NCBI GenBank assembly: GCA_041178425.1
Contig: JBEGVH010000016.1
Span: forward strand, 32,001 to 96,000
Direction of reading: 5' to 3'
Source: Pseudomonadota bacterium
GTDB lineage: Bacteria; Bdellovibrionota; Bdellovibrionia; Bdellovibrionales; Bdellovibrionaceae
DNA length: 64,000 nt
The notes beneath the pieces are model-generated. The model was not told the DNA's origin and searched no databases. It was given only the letters and a program-made list of their open reading frames with translations. Shown here piece by piece: positions 56,051-64,000 of the stretch (its first letter is position 1; every line of letters begins with the position of its first letter). Made by a program: the position numbers and the translations under genes.

Positions 56051-57553
56051 CTATTTGAGGCCGTCAACTGAAGGGTCGAGTTTCGCAAGGTGCGATTGTT
56101 TACCAAATGAAAAAAACTGAAAGCTAGATCGTCCACTTAAAGGCTTAGCGCCACCATGGCTCTTCGCTAAACGCATGACTACTTGATTTCTCACCGTTCT
56201 CGCCTGAGCGATATTCTTGGTCTGAAAGAAAACACCAAAGTAAACTCGACCTTGGTTTGTACTTACAAAACCAGAAAGCGTCAGAGCATTCGCAAGAGTT
56301 CCAGTTTTTGCTACAACCGCCCCCTTCAAGGGAGCTTGTTTATAGACGCCATTGAGTGTTCCATGATCGATCCCACCTATCATCATGATATCAGGAAGGT
56401 CTAACTTATATTTAGCCAGCTCCTGCTTCATTCCTAGGAGGGCCTTGATCATAATTTCGCAACTTGTTGTGGTATCAGAGCGATCGCCGCTTTGACGGAA
56501 TGGCAAGCCAGACCCCGTAAAGAGTCTCGCATCCGTTTCATTAAGATTCAGTTTTTGCACCAAAAAATTCGAAAAGGACTGTCGACCACCAAACAAATAA
56601 AAGAGCTCGTCTGCGGGATAGTTCATCGAGTGAATATTTAAAATTTTGAGATAATTCATCACGGCTGGTGAATGAGATTCAAATACCTCAACCCCCGCCC
56701 TCCCTTCGAGAGGATCATTATCTACGAAGTTCACTTCGAGCACCTTAAGATCTTGTTCTTTGAAAGGAAGAACCTTTACTCCTAGAACTTCTGCAGTTTT
56801 TTGGAAGCTTGCAAATTGAGTACGATCCTCATTATTCCAATTTCTCGTATTCATCAGATGCATTAACTGTTTGGCTATTACCTCACGAGAAACTCCACCA
56901 TGTTGAGTGATCTCAGTATGATAGTTGGATGGATTTTCCACTCCCTGAAAATATCGAAAGCCTTTGTCAAAATAAACTTTATTTATCTGGCGAATGCCAA
57001 TTTTGTTCAAATCAGAAATAAGTAAAAGTAACCTTCGACGCCCAAAAAATGGGTCTTTAGAACCCTTAATCATAAGTTCTGCTGTCGTTGGATCCCAAAT
57101 AAATTGAGTTTTAAATTGATACTTTGGGCCCAAACGTGAAACAACCCAGTATGAGGTTAATAGTTTAGTCACAGACGCTAATCGAACCTGATGGTCGATA
57201 TTAACCCCTTTAATATCCTCTTGATTGGCTCCCGGATCTAAATAACAAGCGGAGTGCTCCCCAGAATATTGCCTCACCTTATTGAGCATTGATTTAAGAG
57301 CCGCCTGTTGATCCGTTGGTTCCTTTGGAATTTTTGAATCAGGAGGTCTCTGAACCGGCATTTTATTTTCTGGTGCCGGAGATGATTGTTTTGCAGGGTT
57401 TGACTGTTTGGCCGGATGAGGTGGTTGAACCTCCTTAGCCTGCAGTGCCGAATGAAAGAACGTTAAAACAAACAGAAAGTTAGTTAATAACGTGAATTGG
57501 TTTACACCGAACTTGGAATTCTCAAAACACTGTTTATTTTCAGACTTCATCAT
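56051..57553 (-). CDS. dacB: D-Ala-D-Ala carboxypeptidase/endopeptidase (PBP4, peptidase S13)
   Basis: LASVTK (SxxK), GSKDP, SMN (SxN), GSGL, AKTGTL; Pro/Gln-rich linker after the signal peptide. Confidence 0.9.
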   Translation of the reverse strand: MMKSENKQCFENSKFGVNQFTLLTNFLFVLTFFHSALQAKEVQPPHPAKQSNPAKQSSPAPENKMPVQRPPDSKIPKEPTDQQAALKSMLNKVRQYSGEHSACYLDPGANQEDIKGVNIDHQVRLASVTKLLTSYWVVSRLGPKYQFKTQFIWDPTTAELMIKGSKDPFFGRRRLLLLISDLNKIGIRQINKVYFDKGFRYFQGVENPSNYHTEITQHGGVSREVIAKQLMHLMNTRNWNNEDRTQFASFQKTAEVLGVKVLPFKEQDLKVLEVNFVDNDPLEGRAGVEVFESHSPAVMNYLKILNIHSMNYPADELFYLFGGRQSFSNFLVQKLNLNETDARLFTGSGLPFRQSGDRSDTTTSCEIMIKALLGMKQELAKYKLDLPDIMMIGGIDHGTLNGVYKQAPLKGAVVAKTGTLANALTLSGFVSTNQGRVYFGVFFQTKNIAQARTVRNQVVMRLAKSHGGAKPLSGRSSFQFFSFGKQSHLAKLDPSVDGLK

Positions 57554-57712
57554 GGTGCGAAAGTAAACTAATCCGAGCTAAAAACCCATTCTGGAGCTAA
57601 GACATTGAATTTTATCCAAACTAATTTACAAACAGAGCCAAAAAACGGCCCTTTGAGCCCTCCTTGGATCATAACTCAATAAATTACATTTAATGGTTAT
57701 TGCTATGTGATT

Positions 57713-58402
57713 TCAGATTGTTACAAATTTATTTTGGTAAGTCTTCAATAGATCATTGTTAATTAATGCTCTCTTGAACCGCAAACAAGACTCACAAGTC
57801 CCACACCATTTTTCACCATCGAGGTAGCAAGACCATAGCAACTCGAAAGGTAGTGACAAAGAATGCGCAACCCTTACCATGCCCGTTTTATCCAAATTGG
57901 TTGTGAAGCATTGTGCTTTTACTTTGTTCGCTGTTGAAAAACTAAGTGATGCGGTCATTGCTTCGAGAAATGCCTCAGAGTTATCAGGAAATGTCTGAGC
58001 CTCTTCGATGTTAAATCCAGGAACAACAATGTCAGCATCAAATGCCTCTGCATAACCTGCAGCGATATTCAGTAGAATCCCATTGCGGTTAGGAACCCAA
58101 ACGGCCGTCGCCGTTTTTTTTGATTGAGCTTGATCGTCTATCTTTACGTCAGCACCCTGCGGAACCTGGTGCGATCGATCGATCAGACTGGATCGACCGA
58201 AATCTTTGATCCATGAAATATCTAGAACTTTGTGGTTAATACCAAGACGTTGAGTGAGTTCTTTTGCCGCATGCACTTCTTTCTGAGCTACTCTTTGACC
58301 ATAATTGAAAGTAAGAGCTAATCGAACATCTGTTTTTTGACTGGCTATATATAAATTGGTGGCTGAGTCGAGACCACCTGATAATAAAACAACAGATTTC
58401 AA
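57713..58402 (-). CDS. queC: 7-cyano-7-deazaguanine synthase
   Basis: LSGGLDS, FNYGQR, VPNRN, FPD, SCY...CGTCESC; TTG start after GAGG. Confidence 0.95.
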   Translation of the reverse strand: MKSVVLLSGGLDSATNLYIASQKTDVRLALTFNYGQRVAQKEVHAAKELTQRLGINHKVLDISWIKDFGRSSLIDRSHQVPQGADVKIDDQAQSKKTATAVWVPNRNGILLNIAAGYAEAFDADIVVPGFNIEEAQTFPDNSEAFLEAMTASLSFSTANKVKAQCFTTNLDKTGMVRVAHSLSLPFELLWSCYLDGEKWCGTCESCLRFKRALINNDLLKTYQNKFVTI

Positions 58403-58403
58403 A

Positions 58404-58703
58404 CTATTTCCTCGTGCTTTTTTTTCCTGGCTTGGTGCGCTTGATATTCTCGCTGATTTCAGTCGCATGCTTAAGAATCCGATAACCGAGTGCACGCAGG
58501 TCTTGAAGCTTAATTGGGCTAACATCAATAGATTTAAGAACTTGATCAATATTAGCCTGAACTTTTGGTGGCAATTTTAAAAGATTGGAATCGACTTTTT
58601 TGAGAACGTTGTTAAGTGCGCCAGAAGTCTTCTTAGTCATTTTTGATTGAGCGGGTTTCTTTTTGGTTACTTTTTTCTTTGCTTTTGCTTTTTTACCCAC
58701 CAT
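58404..58703 (-). CDS. Small, very basic Lys-rich hypothetical protein
   Basis: ATG after GAGG, overlapping the recJ end; KKAKAKKKVTKKK N-terminus. Confidence 0.65.
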   Translation of the reverse strand: MVGKKAKAKKKVTKKKPAQSKMTKKTSGALNNVLKKVDSNLLKLPPKVQANIDQVLKSIDVSPIKLQDLRALGYRILKHATEISENIKRTKPGKKSTRK

Positions 58704-60429
58704 GACTTGTTTCCTCACCTAAAGCACTCGGCCTTATATCTTTTATTAAAAGCTGAAGTCGCTTTTTATTCTGGAAATAGTTCCACTGTATTTCAGCCAA
58801 AACGTCAACCTGGCGATGGTTGCGAAGCGTCAACAATTGAGCATCTGTAGGTCCAAAGATCAGAGCCTCTCGACCGACACTACCAAAATTTAACTCCAGT
58901 CGACGGTGACCTCCCCGCAATTCTCGCTGAGAAACGACTTCTATATTTGGAATTTTGAAAACGGGAACCTCAAAGCTTTGCCCATAAGGCCCCAGAACAT
59001 CGACCCAATTCATAAAAGCAGGCGTAACATCTTCTAGACTCAGTTCGATGTCATAAAGCACTGGGTCGGCCTCTGTTTTATCTGCCATTAATGCGAATGC
59101 CTCTTCGAGCAATTTAACTATTTCTGGAACTTGGGACGAGGCGTATTCAAAACCTGCGGCGTTTGCATGGCCACCAAAGCGATGAAGATACATCGAGGCT
59201 TTCTCTAAAACAGTAACCAAGTTACCACCCCAAGACTGAGGAGCCCTCGCACTGGCGACAACAATCCCCTCTTCTGTTGCCGAACCTACAAAGGCGGGTT
59301 TTTGAAAGACTTGGCTCAGTCTCGTGGCGACAAGTCCGATAATTCCCTTATGAAAGCTTTGGTCAAAGATAAAGGTAAATGGTTTATTTTCCCACTCCTT
59401 TGCCATCGTCAGAGCGAGCTGCTCAGCCTCTGCCTGAAGTGAAACCCGAAGATCATTTTGCTCGAGAACCTGCCCCATCAGGTCGCGAGCCTCCGACTCA
59501 CTCTCAACTGTAAAGAGATCGAGTGGCCGAATATTTTTCTCCATACGGCTAAGAGCATTGAGTTTAGGGGCAAAGCGGATGGCAACATCCTGACTTGAAA
59601 GCTCCCTTCCGATCAGAGCTAACTCCTCCAAAAGAAATCGAATACCAGGACGCTTGGTTTTACTTAGTTGCAGTAAACCGTGCTTTACAAGAACTCGATT
59701 TTCTTCACGAATTGGCACCATGTCAGTGAGAGTTCCAATAACAAAACAATCAAGAAGCTCCTTAACATCTAGAGCTCCTTCTTCAACTCTTGCTGTCTGA
59801 ACCAAACGACGTCTGAGCGCCCAAACAAGGTAGAAGGCAACCCCCACTCCCGAAAGATGGCCCAACTCCGAAGGACATCCTCCTTGATTAGGATTAATAA
59901 GAGCATAAGCCTCAGGCTTTTCGGAGGCCGGTAGATGGTGGTCGGTTATGATAAGATCGATTTTTAGTTCTTGGCACTTTTTTGCGGCAGCAACAGCCGT
60001 GATACCAACATCAGCAGTGACAATGAGGTTCACACCTTTTTCGTGAAGGGCTTCGACCGCGTGAACATGGAATCCATAACCTTCGGTGAGTCGGCTAGGC
60101 TGATAAGTAACAGTATTTTTAAAACCTAAATTACTAAAAGCTGTTTGCAACAATGCAAGTGCAGAGGTTCCATCTAAATCGAAGTCTCCATACAAAGCGA
60201 CTTTTTCTTGCCTTTCGTGTGCCTGCACAAGGCGATCAATCGCCTTTTCCATGCCAGCAAGCTTGAAAGGATCTCTCAAACTTGAAAGTTTTGGCTGTAT
60301 CCAACTTTGAAAACTTCCAAAATCAACTAACCCTCTCACGCATGCTAGTTGTCGAATTTTTTCGGGAACATCTCCCTCCCACAATGAGGCAGGAGATACC
60401 TCGCTACGTGGCCGCCACACTTGATACAT
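58693..60429 (-). CDS. recJ: Single-stranded-DNA exonuclease RecJ
   Basis: GDFDLDG, EGYG, TAD.G, TDHH, HKGIIGLVA, FGGHANAAG; ATG at 60429 after GAGGTG. Confidence 0.95.
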   Translation of the reverse strand: MYQVWRPRSEVSPASLWEGDVPEKIRQLACVRGLVDFGSFQSWIQPKLSSLRDPFKLAGMEKAIDRLVQAHERQEKVALYGDFDLDGTSALALLQTAFSNLGFKNTVTYQPSRLTEGYGFHVHAVEALHEKGVNLIVTADVGITAVAAAKKCQELKIDLIITDHHLPASEKPEAYALINPNQGGCPSELGHLSGVGVAFYLVWALRRRLVQTARVEEGALDVKELLDCFVIGTLTDMVPIREENRVLVKHGLLQLSKTKRPGIRFLLEELALIGRELSSQDVAIRFAPKLNALSRMEKNIRPLDLFTVESESEARDLMGQVLEQNDLRVSLQAEAEQLALTMAKEWENKPFTFIFDQSFHKGIIGLVATRLSQVFQKPAFVGSATEEGIVVASARAPQSWGGNLVTVLEKASMYLHRFGGHANAAGFEYASSQVPEIVKLLEEAFALMADKTEADPVLYDIELSLEDVTPAFMNWVDVLGPYGQSFEVPVFKIPNIEVVSQRELRGGHRRLELNFGSVGREALIFGPTDAQLLTLRNHRQVDVLAEIQWNYFQNKKRLQLLIKDIRPSALGEETSHGG

Positions 60430-60472
60430 GAACACCTCTCGGTCACCTTCTAGCGTGAATGGGCCTAAAATA

Positions 60473-60505
60473 CAAAAAGCCTCTGACAAACATCAGAGGC
60501 TTTTG
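60473..60505 (-). terminator. Intrinsic terminator after secF
   Basis: CAAAAAGCCTCTGA-caaaca-TCAGAGGCTTTTG. Confidence 0.8.
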
Positions 60506-60531
60506 TGCATCTAGACTAAAAAATAGCTTAA

Positions 60532-61458
60532 TTAAGCCTGAGTTTGGGCTGAACCCCTATCGAAGAGCATCACAAAAGGTGCTGCAACATAGATAGAAGA
60601 GTAAGTTCCAAAAATAATTCCAATAACGAGCGCAAAGGCAATATCAGCAACAGTTCCGTCCGCTAACAACCAAAGAGCCGACGCTGAGGTCAACACTGTT
60701 CCAGAGGTGATGAGAGTTCTTTGAAGCATATCATTAATGGCCTTGTTGACAATAAAACGAATACCCTTTGTCGAATAATGGGATTCGGTCTCACGGATTC
60801 GATCAAAGACCACAATGGTATCATTCAACGAGTACCCCATAAGGGTTAAAATAGCGGCCAAAATAGGAATGTTAACTTCTTTTCCAACCAAAACAAATAT
60901 TGCCAAGGTAATAACCGCATCATGAAACAAACATACTACAGCACCAGGAGCATACTTGTAATCGAATCGAAGCCCCACATAGATGAGGATTACAAGAAGA
61001 CAGTAAAATACCGATAGAAAACCGTTTCTTTTTAGTTCCGCACCCACTTGAGGACCAACCGAATCAACACGACGAAATTCGGGCTTTTGATTGGCAAAGG
61101 TATTAGCAATCGATGTTTTAAGATGCTCTACACTCGCCTTAACTGCTTGGTTAATTTCTTTTTCAGTCCCTTTTGTTGGGAGCTGAAAACGCACAATATA
61201 CTCTTTATCATCTCCGAAACCTTGTATTCCGGGGTTGATGAGATTCTCCTTTTCAACAAGTGAACGAAGCTCATCAATTTTTACTTGGCTTTCAAACTTA
61301 ACCTGAACTTCAGTGCCTCCCAAGAAATCAATACCCCAGCTCACTCCACGCACCCCAAGGTACACCAACGAAAGGAGCACAAGAATTCCCGACATGGCTC
61401 CAAGGAGTGGACTACTTTTTACAAAATCAATTTTTCCGAATGATTCTTCTTTCTTCAT
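60532..61458 (-). CDS. secF: Protein translocase subunit SecF
   Basis: GIDFLGG, VGPQVG, HD, GYSLNDTIVVFDRIRE, GTYSSIYVA. Confidence 0.97.
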   Translation of the reverse strand: MKKEESFGKIDFVKSSPLLGAMSGILVLLSLVYLGVRGVSWGIDFLGGTEVQVKFESQVKIDELRSLVEKENLINPGIQGFGDDKEYIVRFQLPTKGTEKEINQAVKASVEHLKTSIANTFANQKPEFRRVDSVGPQVGAELKRNGFLSVFYCLLVILIYVGLRFDYKYAPGAVVCLFHDAVITLAIFVLVGKEVNIPILAAILTLMGYSLNDTIVVFDRIRETESHYSTKGIRFIVNKAINDMLQRTLITSGTVLTSASALWLLADGTVADIAFALVIGIIFGTYSSIYVAAPFVMLFDRGSAQTQA

Positions 61459-61468
61459 TTTACACCCC

Positions 61469-63160
61469 TTATACGGAAACTTTGTTCCAACCCAATTTAT
61501 GAACTAATGAATCCATAATGACCTTGCCGATAAAAACGTTAGCAAACATCGTTGTGAAAATACCTATTAATAGGGTCACCGCGAAGCCTTTGACAGGCCC
61601 AGTACCAAAATACAGAAGAATAACTGCAGTAGCACCGGTGGTAATGTTAGCATCTAAGATGGCACTCATTGCACGATGATAACCTTCTGCAAGCGCCAAC
61701 TTAAAGCCGCTACCCTTGGCTAACTCTTCTCTCATTCGCTCGAAAATAAGCACGTTTGAATCGACGGCGAACCCTACTGTCAAGGCTATGCCAGCAATGC
61801 CCGGCAGAGTGAGAGTCGCATTAAGTGAGGAAAGTGCTGCCAATGAAATGATGACGTTCAACAAAAGCGTAAACACAGCAATAACGCCGCTGCCTTTATA
61901 ACGAAGAAGCATAAACAGAGCGATAAGAGCAAAACCGACAAACCCTGCCACTTGAGCTTTCTTGACCGAGTCAGCACCCATCGTCGGACCAACACGTCTC
62001 TCTTCAAGTTGCTCCAATGTTGCAGGTAAAGCACCCGCTCTTAAAGCGGTCGCAATCATTTTTGCTTCATTGATAGCCTGATCTCTCACACGTCCTCTAC
62101 CCAAAGTGATCACGGCACGACCGCCACCAATTTTAGTTTGGATAACAGGTGCTGATTTAATGACTTTATCAAGAACGATCGCCATCGATTTACCGATATT
62201 TTCACCTGTGAGGCTCGCAAATTTATTGGCGCCCATGTTATTGAAAACAAGACTCACTTCTGGAACTCCATATTGGTCAAACGAGACAAAGGCGTCGTCA
62301 AGAGCATCACCACTCAAACCTGTATCTGTTCGAACAAGCATTGGAATACGACCAGCCTCTAAGGTTGCAGCATTCTCCATCTTTTCAAAAATGATCATGG
62401 TCTTTTCAGGCAATTGACCCTTGAGATCCTCGTTTAACTTCGATACGTACTGACTGTATCGGAGGGATTTAAAATCGTAGCCACCTTTTTTCTCAGCGTC
62501 CGCAATTAAACCCTGTAATTCTTCAGCGCCTTTAGTCGGTTCGACCATCATAAAATCAAGACGCGCCGAAGTGTTAATAAGAGCCTTTGCTTGCTCAGCA
62601 TCAGCAACGCCAGGAAGCTGAATACTAATTCGATCAGCACCTTGAGCCGCAATACTTGGCTCAGCCACACCAAACTCATCGATACGATTACGAATCGTCT
62701 CTATCGCTTGCTGTAGTACTCGCTGCTTGTAGTCCTGAAGATAGGAGTCAAAATAACGAAAATGGAGAGCACCGTCTTGTACACCTAAGCTTTGAAAAAT
62801 TGTGCCATAGCGGTCGTTGAATAGGCCTTCAATGGCTTTTTGTTGGGTTTCATCGATAAAACCGATCTTAATTTCACCAACAGACGGATTAACAACACTG
62901 ATATCGTTTAACGAGATCCCTTTTTCTTGGAATTCCGATTTTAACTGCGAAGAGAGTCTGGTGATTTGCTCAGACATTACCCCATCAACATCCACGCCCA
63001 TAACAAGGTGCAAGCCCCCTTGAATGTCGAGACCGTAGTTTAGTTTTTTCTTTGTTAACCACTTACTGTTGTCAACGTTAATAAAGTTGGGGACCAACCA
63101 GATCACCGCAACGATAATTCCAATAATCGCTGTCCATAGTCTAAATCGGAAATTTTCCAT
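61469..63160 (-). CDS. secD: Protein translocase subunit SecD
   Basis: GLDIQGG, RIDEFGVAEP, LRAGALP, TLTLPGIAG, AVDSNVLIFER, GTGPVKGFA. Confidence 0.97.
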   Translation of the reverse strand: MENFRFRLWTAIIGIIVAVIWLVPNFINVDNSKWLTKKKLNYGLDIQGGLHLVMGVDVDGVMSEQITRLSSQLKSEFQEKGISLNDISVVNPSVGEIKIGFIDETQQKAIEGLFNDRYGTIFQSLGVQDGALHFRYFDSYLQDYKQRVLQQAIETIRNRIDEFGVAEPSIAAQGADRISIQLPGVADAEQAKALINTSARLDFMMVEPTKGAEELQGLIADAEKKGGYDFKSLRYSQYVSKLNEDLKGQLPEKTMIIFEKMENAATLEAGRIPMLVRTDTGLSGDALDDAFVSFDQYGVPEVSLVFNNMGANKFASLTGENIGKSMAIVLDKVIKSAPVIQTKIGGGRAVITLGRGRVRDQAINEAKMIATALRAGALPATLEQLEERRVGPTMGADSVKKAQVAGFVGFALIALFMLLRYKGSGVIAVFTLLLNVIISLAALSSLNATLTLPGIAGIALTVGFAVDSNVLIFERMREELAKGSGFKLALAEGYHRAMSAILDANITTGATAVILLYFGTGPVKGFAVTLLIGIFTTMFANVFIGKVIMDSLVHKLGWNKVSV

Positions 63161-63513
63161 TAGTTTTTGACCTCTTGTTGTTGTGCCAATGTAGAAGCAA
63201 CTTGTGATCTTAGAACCTTTATTGAAACACCCTCTGCAATCTCGAGTGTAACGAAACGATCCGTGAGTCCTTCAATAGTCCCTAAGATTCCACTCGATGT
63301 AATAACCTCGTCTCCCTTTTTAAGTTCGGAGACAAACTTGTGATGCGCCTTTTGTCGCTTTACTTGGGGGCGAATAACGAGAAAATAGAAAATCGCGAAA
63401 ACAAAAATAAACGGAAGCATCATTTCAATTGCTCCCGGTTGTTTGGGTGCACCATTACCGGTTTGGGTTATTTGTTGTGCCTGTGCCATTAAAGATAAAA
63501 AAAGTACTTTCAT
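63160..63513 (-). CDS. yajC: Preprotein translocase subunit YajC
   Basis: FYFLVIRPQ...LKKGDEVITSSGILG. Confidence 0.96.
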   Translation of the reverse strand: MKVLFLSLMAQAQQITQTGNGAPKQPGAIEMMLPFIFVFAIFYFLVIRPQVKRQKAHHKFVSELKKGDEVITSSGILGTIEGLTDRFVTLEIAEGVSIKVLRSQVASTLAQQQEVKN

Positions 63514-63556
63514 TCGATGTCCTCCAGTTCAAGATTTTTACTTATGACGAAAGGTA

Positions 63557-63594
63557 TTGTTCTAAACGCACTAACCTAATGGCGTTTAGAACAA
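63557..63594. repeat. Perfect 13-bp inverted repeat between tgt and yajC
   Basis: TTGTTCTAAACGC-N12-GCGTTTAGAACAA. Confidence 0.75.
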
Positions 63595-63692
63595 ATTAGA
63601 AGTCCCCTCGCATAACTTGTGAAATCTTAAGGTCCCCTAAAAACTGAACACTTTTTGTTTCAAATAGCAAGGGTTTCACTAAACATCGAAAA

Positions 63693-64000
<308 letters not shown>

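Noticed and set aside
58403..58549. Long queC N-terminus overlapping the Lys-rich ORF
   Set aside because: QueC homology and an SD support the TTG at 58402.

Overview
A 64 kb stretch of bacterial chromosome whose gene content points to a predatory Bdellovibrionota (Bdellovibrio-like) organism; this is inferred from gene content, not from a database search. It holds: (i) a flagellar rod/ring/hook-junction cluster on the minus strand, flgF-G-A-H-I-J-(beta-barrel)-M-N-K-L-csrA-fliW, with recognisable sigma54 and sigma28 promoters; (ii) an archaeal-type DNA topoisomerase VI operon (top6B-top6A); (iii) many exported hydrolases (two lytic-transglycosylase-fold proteins, PBP4/DacB, trypsin, an LGFP-papain fusion, three Zn metalloproteases); (iv) a P-type ATPase plus CaCA antiporter pair beside tRNA-Leu(GAG); (v) housekeeping genes (lysC, uvrD/pcrA, speA, trmB, trxB, bolA-grxD, queC, recJ, secDF-yajC, partial tgt). 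The most striking unannotated signal is an approximately 200-nt structured element between flgI and flgJ with five hairpins that each display ANGGA in the loop. This is a CsrB/RsmY-like CsrA-sponge architecture in a locus that also encodes the protein antagonist FliW, and matching GGA hairpins sit on the start regions of flgM, flgN and flgK. Other candidates are a rod-shaped ncRNA, an Arg-rich leader peptide with terminator upstream of speA, an RBS-occluding hairpin, a tandem palindromic operator and a nested aspartokinase beta-subunit start. No CRISPR array, rRNA, transposase or integrase was seen.
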